Assembly: GCA_021432655.1 (NCBI GenBank)
Contig: MU271454.1
Location: 1 to 62,522 of the forward strand
DNA length: 62,522 nucleotides
Reading direction: 5' to 3'
DNA from: Atractiella rhizophila
Taxonomy: Eukaryota
The notes under the pieces are model-generated. The model saw only the letters and a list, made by a program, of their open reading frames with translations, made no database searches and was not told the origin of the DNA. Position numbers and translations under genes: made by a program. Numbering within the stretch: position 1 is the first letter of the stretch; each line of letters starts with the position of its first letter. This document shows, in pieces, positions 30,289 through 43,001 of the stretch.

Positions 30289-33200
30289 TCAACTCAGCTT
30301 TGCCTTCTTCAACTTATTCCCGATGACATCTGACGCCTCCCTCTTCTTCCCCTTCTTCTTCTCCTCCACCCCAAAACTTGCTTTCAAGCCCTTGAAGGCA
30401 TCGTCAAACAGCCTCTCGAACTCTCGCCCGGAAGCGTAGACAGGAGTATCTGATGCGTTAAAAGTATAACAGTTCTTCAACATCAGCTTGACGTCCGCTT
30501 CGAATTCGTCGAAATTTCGATAACGATCTTGGTCAAGGTGTTTTCGAATGGTGGACAGATCTCGAGCGTCTTTGCGTGGGATGATGTCGAAATAATGGGG
30601 GATTTGGAGGGCAATAGGATCAACAGGGTTGTGGAACGGGAATGCCCTAGCATTGCGACACGTAAGGGGCGATACAACAAGGTGACAGATGAAAACATAC
30701 GCTCCCTCTTTCCCCAACTTCGTCAACATTGCTCCCAAACTTCTTTTCTCCATATAAGAGAGATTGTTGGCCTTATGCCATTCCTTCTGCCACTGCGAAG
30801 CAAGATTCTCCACATTCTGGACAGGTTGCGTTCCAGGAGGATTGAAGATCTTACAGTTCTGGACGATTTGGCGAAAGTCTTTATCGATATCGCCGTATGT
30901 ACGATAACTGTGCGAATCGAGCTTACTCTGCATTGTGGAGAGATCCATGGGCTGATCGCGGGTTAGACAACGTCAAAGATAGTCGTCAAGGAATGCATAC
31001 ATGTTTGATCTCGTCGTAGTAAGTCTCACAACCAGGAATAGCCGGATCCACAGGCTTGCGGAACCATAAACTGTCCATCGACTCCACAACCTTTTTCATG
31101 ATGGGTTTCACCTTCTTGATATTCACCGGCTCGTCGACAAGTTCATTAGGAAGGTAACTTTCCCCGTGTTTTGTATTCGTACCATGGCCATTTGACCGTC
31201 TCGGCGCAGGATGTGCCTCTTCGATGACGGAAGTGGGAGGGCTCAGAGAGGAAAGCGGTGATGGTACTCTTCTGCCATCGTTCTCTGGAGGCGTGAGATC
31301 CATCGCCGGAACGATAGTCGGAGCAGTCTTGGTGGCGGGCTTGGGCTTGGGAGAAGACTGTGGTGGTTGAACAATGAATTGTGAGTCAGGAGGGTTGGGT
31401 GGAGAGTCTCCAATCGATCCGCCTGAGCTGGGGTCATTTACGGGAGTGGGCAGCGCAACAATTTCAACTCCTTTGACCTTCTCCTTCTTTGGCCTTCCCT
31501 TCTTCTTCGCAGGCGGCAACTCCGATTCTTCTGCTGCCTGCGCTTTCCTTTTCTTGTTGGAAGGAGGAACAATATGAAGGATTGGCGTAGCTTGCACCGG
31601 TTTCTCCTCTTTGCCTAGGAGAGGTGCAACTGGCGCAGATGTAGAGGGAAGAGAGGGTGAAGGAACCGCTGGAGTGGCGGTAATAGGCTTGAGCTTGAGC
31701 TTCAAAGGTCCCTTTGGCTTAGGGGCTGTTGGTGTACCATTCGCATTTACTTCCACCTTCACCGGAGACTGTCGCCCATCGATATCGCGTAGCTCCGCTT
31801 CTCCATCATCTTCTTCAATCGCAGCTAAGACTGAAGCCGAGGGAGGTCCCGGCTCCCCAACCCTCATCGATGCCAGCGTGTTGATAGTACGTTCCCACGC
31901 TTTATCGAACATCGCGTCAAGGGACTGGCCGAGTTTATACGCCTTGCTGACTGAAGAGTTGTATTTATGACAGTTCGAGATCATGAGCTTGAAGTCTTCT
32001 CGGAAAGCATCTCGATCCTTGTACTGTCCTTGATCGAGCTTTTGTGACAATGTCCTGAGATCCATTGGCCGCTTAATGATTTCGAAACTGAAGGAGGCCA
32101 GTAAGCATCCAACCTAGCGACACCGGTAATTGGACGATAATAAAAACTTACTAGTTTGGAGCCATGTCTTTGATTGGATCTGTGCAGGGAGAGAGGTCTA
32201 GTCAAAAGGGAAATGGGCATGGAAGGTACTTACCGACAGGATTACGAAAGATTTCACTTTTCTTGGCACCAACAAGTTTCTTGAGAACGCTTTGACACGC
32301 TTTCAAGTCTTCAAAGGACATCCCAGAAGCTTGTTGAGGCAGAAGCGGTCGTGGTGCATCCCCTTTTGATGGTTTGAGTGCTTTAGGTGGACGAATGACA
32401 AGTTTGGTTGACGGAGGGGTAGGAGCTGGGCCGCCATGGGGTAGTGACGGTGCAGGTTCAGTGGAGGGAGCAGGCTTGGGAAGGGATGGAGAGACTGCGA
32501 CGGGGGGTGGCGGAATAAGTGTGGTTGTTTCTGTAGGCGGTGCGACGGATGGGCGGTGGGATAGCTGAATTTTGATAGTGGGACGGGGAGCTGGCGGTGG
32601 TGTTGGTTCCCTGACAGGTTCCGGGACTGACTGCAAAGGAAGCTTGAACTTGAGCTTAGGCAGTGGTTCTTCTTCTGGCTTGAACAGGATCTCGGAGACC
32701 TTGAGCAAGCACCAGCGAACTTGCGGGTCCAAATCAGGGTTACTAGGAGGCGGTCAGCTGACCACTTCAAAACAAGGCAAATGGCTCACGAAAGAGCAGA
32801 TAGCAAGCTCTCCCTGAACATAACCGACTTCCCAATTTCCTTCCTCAGCTGCTTGATTACACGGTCGGCGTTCAACTTTCCTAACGGAGGTTGTTCCTGT
32901 GCAGGAGGTGGGCCTGCGAAATCGTCCATGACTGCCAAGACAGCGATTGATTCGACCAAGCTCTGAGCAAGTCGGCGACGAACAGCCACAGAGGAATCGT
33001 GCAGCAAGACAGCGAAGATATAGCGCGCAATGTATCGCTCACCAAGGGCTCGAAGCAGAAGGAGGGCATCAAACGCCGCCATGCGAACTGGAGGGTAATT
33101 GCCTTCCCTAAATCATCCGCACTGGGTCAGCAGAGGATACTGAGCACTGTGGCAACATACCTGGTGAAGTTGAGAAAGTACAGCATGTCTACCTCTAGTA

Positions 33201-36200
33201 GTCCAGCCATGGTCATTCTAACCTTCCATTCCAATCCAGCGACAGTCATCACGTTGTGATAGGTTGGGAACAATCGATCCATCTTCATAAGCCTATCTAC
33301 CTCCTTATTCACAGTATCGAATATCTTCGTGAATGCGGGCGGGAGAGTTCCATTCCCAAACATGAAGCTGTTACTCAAAGTGGTTATAAGGTGGTCGAGG
33401 TAGTGCACATCCGAGTACTGATATTTCTCAGAAACTGGCTCACGGCTACAGTAGGTCGAGGACGCTTACAGTGTTTGAAGAGTTATCATTGTAGAGCAGC
33501 TGGTCGGCCAGAAACTGCACAATCTTGGGATACGGTTGTCCAAATTCATCCCGAATAATGGCGATGGAAGATATTAATGCCTTTGCACCGTTTAGCATTC
33601 TCACTCAACAGTAAGACGGGCAAACAAACCTTTTTTAGAAAGTACATCGTGAGATCCGTAAAATTGTTCGGTTTCGGGATTAGAACGAATTCGAAGGGGT
33701 CCTTGGAGTTCTTTGATTGAAATTCGTTGGGATCCTCGTAACAAAACCAGGTGAGATATAGTTTAAAAAGGTGAAATATGCCGATAAAATTAAACTTCGG
33801 TTGCGCGCACTGCAATCACTACAGTCAACCAATATTCGTTGGGAGATGGGCTCTTACATGAACAAGTGCTTTTGCCGCCTCCATTCGTATTCGAAAGAAG
33901 TAATTGGAGACCAGTACTGTCTTGCACAGATGGCTGGAGACAATGTTTGAAGGCTTTGCCATGAGCGCTCGGATGGCCTAACTTGTTTCAGAAACAGACC
34001 TTCAAGGCGAACGAAACGACCTACATCCAATTGAGCGACCACATCCCTATCTCTCCCCAACATGGAACACCACATGTAATCCGGCTGCTCCAAATCTACG
34101 ACCGCGATCCACTCAAACTCACTATCCGCGCGTATCCACTCCCAATTCTTCTTCGTAATCGCCCCCTCTTGCGGCTCAATATCTTCATCTTGCCCACTCA
34201 GATCTTTGAAATCCTCCACCCTCCACTTGGCCTTCTCCCTCGGATCAGCCTCCCAAGGCTGGTACACCTCGAACGAAAGTTCTCCCATCCCATCAACCCC
34301 TCCGGTAGTGACCTCGATCTCTTCTTCGTCTTTATCACCCTGTCGAACCTTCAAGCGCTTCACAGCGCCGACTTCCCCTGCAACGCCCATGCCGATTCCA
34401 AGGCCACGACTCCTACCCGCCCGCCGATATTTGCTATTGAACGGCAGGTTGTGGACCTTGGACCGCTCCCGAATATCGATAACGTGTTCGTAAGCCGTTC
34501 CGTCCGCCTCATGTATCCGAATTGTCATCTGTCCTTCGAAGCAACGGACGGGACGAAGGATGACGCGCTCCTCCCATGGCGCTCGATTGAAGTAGGTGAA
34601 AGCCATAACCTCTTGTTGGACGTGCACCTCAACAGCCATCTTCTTCCTGTTGAAAGAAGTCTCAATTTTGAAATGAGGACAGCCGTTGCTGAAGATCCAC
34701 TGTTCGGAGAAAGTCTTCAAGTCAATTCCACCAGCCGAAGAGACTCCGCAGATCTTTCGGCAACTTTTAAGGAATCCACTCGTGCCCAACAAGTTCGTGT
34801 TGTTCCCCAGTTCTCCAGAAATGGCACCGAGGAAGATCTTCGGTATGACTCTCGACAGACCCAAACTCGTGCCTGATTTTCGAAGAAGTTTGTCAAGACT
34901 CCACAGAACGAGAGGAGACTTGAGATTGATGAAAGCGAGGAGATCTTCAGTTGGCGGTGCCATTGTCCCCGGAACGCTGAGGGGAGGCATCGTGATATCT
35001 TGGCTGGTACACCTTTGGATGTCCTTCTTCAAACGCAATCTCCACTCATTCACTCCCAAGCTTTCCCGCAACCAGAGACCGGCGATGTAAAGTCCCAAAC
35101 CGTTGATGAGCCAGGTGTCAGACCACGTCTTCTGGATAATATTGATCCCAACCCATTGTGTGATCAGAGCGTGAGCCAGAACTTGTCTTGACTCGTAAAC
35201 TTGGTCGATGATGGAACTGAGATGGAGATAATCGGAGGAGAGAATGGTGAGGGTCGAAGAGTGCGCGACAGGGTTGGTAACGGTTGGGAGGAAGAGGACT
35301 GTGTAGGATGAAAAGGGATAGGAACCGAACTCTTGAATGTAGAAGGACAGGCAGGCCTTGAGAAACATCGTCGTGTTGAGCAGTTCCATCTCTCTTCCCG
35401 GTAGACAGAAAGCGTGAAGCGCAGGCAACGAATCATTGTCTTCGGCCGCCTTTGAGTTCTGACGAGCGAACGCCTCCTCTGCAGAAGCGACAAGAGATTG
35501 GGCATTGTTTCCCACTAATTTTCCTTTGACCAAGTCGACTCCTTTGAAAGGGCCGACCGCCCACTGGAGGTGTTGAACACTTGAAGGGGAGGAGAGCGAA
35601 TAGTAGAAAATGGATTTGCTCTCGTCAGCCGGATGCTGTATTCGCTCAATTAAATCCCCGCTGGCGACCACTAGCACCGGGAACTCTTCGATCTCTTCAG
35701 ACGTGTCATCCTCCTCATCAGAAACGGAGGATATGATGGATTTTGGAACGACAAATTCCAGATCCCAGGTGCAGCGGTCGTGTAAGGTGTCAATGCATGG
35801 TACCCACGAACGAGCAGACGTGGAGTTGTGAGAAGTGGTACAGATGTGCGGGATACACTGCGAGAAGGGAAAAGATGAGAATAATGGGCAAAAGAGAATG
35901 AAGAGACGCGTCCGGTCAACGTCGCCTGGACGCCACCCATTCAATGATAAGCGAGAACACTCACGTCGTCGCCTTCGCCTCCTTCCCCAGGACGAAACCA
36001 CATCACTCCGTCTTCCTTTTTACCTTCTCCCATCCCCTCCCTAACATCATACATGATCAAGACGTCAATCTGCGCAAACTCCTCCTTCTTCCCGACTTCA
36101 TCCTCTCCCTTCCAAACGGGCTTCACGAACTCCTCAATTCCTCCAATCCTCAACTCTCCCTCCTCTGCCTCATTCGCCGTGGTGAACATGGACCTCTTGA

Positions 36201-36501
36201 GCGCTGGGAAATGGTGAACATGACTCTGGAGGCTGGTATTTTGAGAATTTGAGGTCGAAGCTCCATTTTGATTGATGGATAAGGGAATCGAAGGATTGAG
36301 GGTCAGGAGGTGGTAGGGGACGGATTTCCCATTGACGGACACCGAAGTGATGTTGCATCTAGCGCAATTGAGGTAGAGTGTCTTGAGATTCCTCCTCGTT
36401 GGCGTTATTGCGAGTTCGGTATAACCCGACAACACTCCGGAGAATGACAGGGAGAGGGCGACCTTTTGGTGAGAAAGTGTGAAGCCGCGATTAGTAGACA
36501 T
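30289..36501 (-). CDS. TAF2: TFIID subunit 2 (degenerate M1 aminopeptidase fold) with three C-terminal bromodomains
   Basis: FTLSHQKV, ARSWVPCID..RCTWDLEF, LAHALITQWVGINI..WSDTWL, GQMTIRIHEADG, WIRADSEFEW, DRDVVAQ; spliced through a Pro-rich linker to three bromodomains (PMDL..NCHKYN; PMDL..NCKIFN; ARDL..NCYTFN). Confidence 0.93.
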
Positions 36502-36879
36502 GTCGCCACATTATCTGCTGAGGATAAAGGGTCCCAAGCGAGAATGGTTGGCAATGTCGTTCGTGACTTGACTAATGGTAGTTGTAGTCCACTTGCCTGT
36601 TCTGGATGTTTGTTTGTCTGCCCGTTGCTTCGGCGGCATCTGCGGGCGGAACCAATTGTCACTTCAAGGCCGCTGAAAAAGTGACCACCAACACTTCGCT
36701 GCAGAGGTCCTTCGCTCATTACCTTCATTGCTTCAAAGCCTTAGAGAGGCTCAGTTCGTTCTTTCAATTCTGTCTCTGCAAAGAGCCAGCCAAAACTTCG
36801 AACTTCCTTGCCTTTGACAGGCGTCTCCTTTACGACCATACTCCGACTCTCGAAATAGCGATAGCGCAATCTCTCGACA

Positions 36880-37903
36880 ATGGAATATCGACTCCTCAGA
36901 AAAATCTGCTCCGGTGCCTCCCTACTCCTCAGCTTCGTAACTCTCGTGTTGGGGCTCAGAGAAGTCATCAAGTGAGTATTCATTGCGATCCATTCAGCCG
37001 CAAATGTTTGCATGTTTCATCCATGTTGACCGTCGCGTGACAGTCTCCTCAACCAACAAAGCCGTTTCAAGGTGCGCAGATTCCTTTCCATCCTGCTAAG
37101 GACGGATTCTGATACGCGGCGCAGGAGCTCTTCCCTCGAGGCTCATTCTCAACGAGACTACTGCTCCCTGCGGATTGGGTGCTCATCGGAGCGATCGTGC
37201 GTCAGCTCCGTTCCTCCCCCGAAATGGCTCAACTGTCATTGCGACTAGGTGACGGGCATCATTATCTCTACCTACACGCTATGGACCATATTCTTCCCTT
37301 ACGGCTGGGAAATGCCGAGAGCTACGAGGCAACAAAAGATCTTGGTCAAGCAGGTTCTCTTCGCCGCTGTCGTGTTTATCGAGTTTGGAGCGCTTCTCAC
37401 GGCTGTGGTACGTCGCTCGTATCGTTGTCCTTCGAAGCGCTCATGCGAGTGATAGATCGTTACCGCCACGACTGGACCCGAAGTGTCGGTGCCCGGGAAG
37501 ACTACGGAGGAGATCGATGAGCTGCTAGATCTGAAAGGCGAGTGCATGCACTACAAAGATGCACGGGGACAAATTGCATACACAGTCATTGGCTCGTCAT
37601 TTTCTTCCCATCTCAAGGCTGGAAGCTAACGAAGAACATAACATATCAGGCTGGTTTACCTGGATCATCACTCTGCTGTGTTTCGCCCTCGATCGTCTAG
37701 ACCACGACAACACGACTTTCCGGTGTGTGATCTTCTTTCCACTCCGTCCGCAGACGCTGATGAGCGAGAGGACATGTAGACCGGGCATGCACATGCATTC
37801 AGAAGTGGATGTTCCAGCACCAGCGATGGTCGATTTCAACATGGCAAAGACCCCTCAAAGCATGACGATGAAGCGGGGCCTGTCTGAAGTCTCCTTCGTC
37901 TGA
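36880..37903 (+). CDS. small multi-pass membrane protein (about 4 TM), unknown family
   Basis: Spliced reading MEYRLLRKICSGASLLLSFVTLVLGL..VTGIIISTYTLWTIFFP..VLFAAVVFIEFGALLTAV..GWFTWIITLLCFAL..SEVSFV* with canonical GT-AG introns. Confidence 0.55.
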
Positions 37904-38197
37904 CGTCCTATCTGTCCTCCTCACTTCCGATCTCAATTGCATTACATCCTCCATCGAGTCCATTCGTACTCAGTCATCACTTCATTTATTCAGGTTGACC
38001 CTCCTTCGTCCGTCATACGTTTAAGAGTCATAGCTTTCGATTTTCGTGCTTTCTCCGAAGTTCTGCAGTGATTTGTCGTGTGGGTAATTCATCCAATTGG
38101 CTGGTCATAAGTTTGGAAAGGTATCTAGCGCTGTCTATTCACAAAAGGTGACTTCACAAGGAAAACAAACCTCAACCCCGAGGAGAAGAGTGTCAAA

Positions 38198-39773
38198 TCA
38201 AAATGCGGCTTGCAGGGGCTGCATCGTCGTCGTTCCGAGGAGAAGGGCCTCAAGGTCCACCTCGAAGAATCTCATCAATGGATCTGACTCCTCCAACTCG
38301 TAATTGAACGTCTTCTTCGCATAGAAAGCATCTTCGTCTCTTAAAACCTGCCCAACCGACTGCCATGCCATTAAATTCTGTTCCTCCAGCTCCATCAGCG
38401 AAATAATTTCGTCCAAAAGTATTGAAGAAGGAGGGAACGATCGATAAGTGATGTGGAAAACGGTGACATGAAAGTGATCTACGACGCATCCCTTCGTCAG
38501 TCGAGCAAAGAGGCGTCCCACATCAAGGATGGCAGAGGGGAAGACCCACAATACATCGGATGGTAATGCACCAACATCCTCACCTGGCCCTTCTCAACAC
38601 CACAAAGCTCACCCGCGATCCTTTCTGCCTCACTCTTGATATTCCTCAGCATGGTCAGATGTTGCGCCCGAACGTCTCGAAGCGAAGCGATCGACTTTGT
38701 GCGCGCAATCGCTTGCATGTGCAGCGTCGCCGGCGTTTTGCGATCCCATTTGGAGTCCGGCACAATTACGAAGCCAGAGAAAGGGTCAGGGTCGCTGTAG
38801 AGGATAGATTCGGAGTGAACACGTCCATCGAGGATGTTGTAAAGCCACTGTAGTCGGGTCTAGGACGTAAGAATCAGTCAAAATATTTGGGATCAAGGCA
38901 AAGTACCTTAGGATATCCTTCAATGTATGGCTTGATGAGAGTCTGATACACCAACGGTGTTTCTTTCACCAGTTTCGTTCTGGGAGGACCGTATTTCTTG
39001 ACATGCTGGGGATATTTCGACATTTTGTCAGACAAGGGAAATGAAATGGGGAGGATCAGCTTTAAAACATACCATTTCGTTAGCAGGCACGATCAGCTCA
39101 ATTTTTACGTCCGGATCTATTCGGTCTGCCTTAAAGTAGCCATCTAACCATGTAAACATGTCATTCTGTTGAGAACCGTGGAAATCAATCTCTAATTTCT
39201 TGTGTGCGGCACACATTGAGTGAAACCCTCACCTCTCCGCGAATGACGAGCCTTCCAATTTGAGAAGGAAGCCCAAAAACATCATGTGGAAATGGAGTCT
39301 TCTCAAACTTGATCACTGCAGGCAAAGGGTCGTTACTACCGCGACCGGGTGAATAATACGATCCTAAATACAGCGAGTTGCAGCAAGATGTCAGAAAATG
39401 CAGCACAGTCAGCCTTCGAGCGCCGGGGAGTCATGGTGGGTTCAGTAGACTCACCGAGCAACGATAAGATTGGCTTGAAAGGGTCTAGGATAATTCGGCA
39501 CATGAGCTTTAACCCACACTCCTTGTAACTGCAGTTGGAAAGTGCTTGCCTCGATGGAGAACTTTTTCCACCTTGAATCGTTGAATCAAATCTTGCAGTG
39601 ACCCCATGGGCGTGAGTACAGCGACAACGGAAATACACAGACGGCACACCAATAGAAACATCTTCCTTCTTGGCTTCCCAATCCATCGGGTCTTTATTAG
39701 GCGGGCTCCTTCCAACACTCGAAGTCAGTCCATGAGCAATGGTTGGGTGTTGGTTATATATCGAAGGATTCAT
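38198..39773 (-). CDS. DCS1: scavenger mRNA decapping enzyme DcpS/Dcs1-like HIT protein (third HIT His replaced)
   Basis: RFKVEKVL, AVIKFEKTPF, NDMFTWL, KETPLVY..IKPYI, WLYNILDG, FVIVPDSKWD, SLRD, VHYHPMY-YHFHVT, ILLDEIISLMEL. Confidence 0.85.
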
Positions 39774-40417
39774 CGAGAAGAAAGAAAAGTGGGTCAGGAC
39801 GATCGTCGAGTTGGAAGCTATGGATGATAAATTTTGCTGAAATTATCGCTGGTGGATAAGAAAATTCAACCCACATAACGGGTCACAATCCAGATGCGCT
39901 GTGCAGAGGATGGGAGAATGACGAACGCACGCAAGTATCCCTGATTCCTTGGGCTCCCTGACCCTCAGTCTCTCGGGCACGTCCTGTGGGCGTGTTTACC
40001 CTGTCGGATTATGCCAATTTGACGGATACCTCCCTCTCTGTCTTGAATAAAAAAACAGTTCGGGACTTTATCAATTATTTGTATCGTTTCCTGTTTTTCC
40101 GCAGCAGGACCCATTGTCTGACATCAAATTAACTTTAGTTCGATTAATAACCTTAATGAAGTGACATGTTGTGCAAAAGGACGCGTCGTGAGTTTCTTTA
40201 CTGTGTAAGGAGCTCTTTTGAAGGTGAATTGAAGTAGACTGAAAACCGCTGCGGGCAGAGAAGGAAGGATTTGATCAACTGAGTTGTTAGAGGAGGTTTG
40301 TCGCCGTTTGAGCGGCAATTCGGTTAGGGCTCACAGTCAAACATGTTTCCTTGAACCTATAGAGATGCAAATCTTGGCCACGCAAACATCAACAGCTATG
40401 CGGACTGCTCGTTCTGG

Positions 40418-41913
40418 TTATGACTTGATATTTGCATCCTTTGCCTGGCTCAACGGTTGCATCCAAAGACCTGCCACCGCGCTTCTCATTGCACGGTCCC
40501 AAATTTCCTTCACCTCATAGCCACCAGCAAGCGTCTTTCGATCTGTAAGGAAATTATCAGTCCACGGATCGATGATGCCTGCATTCGGCTCGGGGAGCGT
40601 GAAAAGGTCATCGTAAGAATACCAGTTCTCGCGTTCCGTGTTCTTGAACGAATCCTCTGCAGGCGGCATGGATAGAGGAGGGGGTTCGATGTCGACGTTG
40701 GAAGAGGAGAAAAGGTGTGAGAATTTAGATGAGGTGGATAGGGAAGGACTGGCTGAACCTCGCGCGGAAGATTTCTTGAGCATCGAAGTACGCGACTTCG
40801 ACAATATCTTCGTTGCAGGTTTGTTTGTCGTTTCCTGATCATGCAGATATCGTCAGTAACAAACCCATGAAACGAGATCAAGGAAAGAACCGCACGAGCT
40901 CCTTAAGCACAGTCTTCCTTGCTTCAGCCTTTTCTCTTTCTTCCTCCTCCGCTTCCTCCTCGGCAAGTCTCTGACGTTCTTGTCGAGCTAGCAGTTCCTG
41001 TAAATTCACCTTTCAGCATCCGTAGGCGGGGTAGGACGAAGGCAAACCTCCTCTTCCCGCTTCATCTCGGCCTCCCTTTCTCGCTCTTCTTCCAAAAAGT
41101 TCTCGGCTATGATTCGAGAATTTTCGTGCTGAAATTTCTGAATCTTTTTCTCCGTCTCCTTCACCGAAATGTTATGAATAAGATTAAATGCTGGAACATT
41201 GTGACACCGTCAGAATAGGAACACAGGAAGCAACTTCGAAGAGGAGGATGGCGTACTTATTTCCTCCACCAGCTCCAGGTAATCGTTGTACTCTTTAAGT
41301 GTAGAAAAATCTTGTTGCCTCTTGTTGAAAGTCTTCGCAATACGTTTACGTGTGTCCACCTCCCTCTCGACCTTCAAATCCTCAAAGGTCTGAGGTGTGA
41401 AGTTAGTCTTTCGGAGAATGAGGTTGCATCCGTTCGTAGGGCAAGATTCCGGGCCTAGAGTATAGAGGCGAGAGATACATGATTCACACCTTAATTTCAG
41501 GCAACGTCAGGTTAACTTTCGGAGGAGTGAGAGAAGAGCGGACATTTTGTGAAAGCATTTGTTGGAAACGAGCAACCGAAGCTTAGGATTTAGAAACCTA
41601 TTGGTATGACAAATGGGACACGAATCATCTACGCTCTATTGCAGGACCAGCAGTACGTCAGTACCTGTCTAGAAGCACAGCAGAAAGCAAAGAAACGGAC
41701 CATATACTCTTTTGTCCGCCCAGACGGATCATTTGGCAAATTCCTCAACTCGCCCTCCTTCAACGGCTTGACCTCCTCCTGCTTCTGCTTTTCCCTCTTC
41801 TGTTTCTCAGCAGCAGCGCGTGCTGCTGCTACTTTTCTAGCTTGTAAGGTAGATTGCGAACTTGAGACGTTGAAGCTGTTCGCGCCACGAATGATGTAGT
41901 TTTTGCTCGCCAT
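40418..41913 (-). CDS. TFB3: CDK-activating kinase assembly factor MAT1 / TFIIH subunit Tfb3 (RING)
   Basis: CPICHTNRFLNPKLRLLVSNKCFHKM-CESCISRLYTLGPESCP, QTFEDLKVEREVDTRKRI, YNDYLELVEEI, C-terminal AGGY..WDRAMRSAVAGL. Confidence 0.95.
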
Positions 41914-42104
41914 GCTTTGTAGATTCTTCCAAAATGGCAGCCGAAGGATTTAAGGCCAAGGTGTCCTTGTGCAAAGTGATGTGGCGAAATGGTCGCTTTG
42001 TTGGAGTTGACTCATCGTCACGTTCGATCAATTAAGGGCAACGAACGTCCAACATCCCCCTCCGCCACCAAATAGGCTAGTTTAAGAAGAATCAGGAGTG
42101 AAGT

Positions 42105-42657
<553 letters not shown>

Positions 42658-43001
42658 TCAACCTATCTCGTACTTGTGTCATTTCGATCTCATGTACCAC
42701 CAAACCAAGTACGTACGTATTAATTAGCATCCAAAGTGATAAGCAATCAAGTTGTATCGGAGTCAGACAGGATGGCAACATGTCCAATGTCCAGCGTATC
42801 TCCACCCTACATATATATATTTCCTGGACCCCAATAACACCGAAGAGATGATGAAACCCAGCGTAGTCTTGCTTGTTGAAACTGGCGAAATCGCTCCCAT
42901 AGTACAAGGAGATTATGGACATATTTTCCATTCAAGTTGTACGCCGATTGATCCGAGCTCGAATCATGATGATATTTCTCGCGCCCTTCTGTTTGATCTG
43001 T

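Noticed and set aside
33983..34876. 297-aa plus-strand ORF
   Set aside because: Antisense shadow of a long TAF2 exon, with no recognisable motifs.
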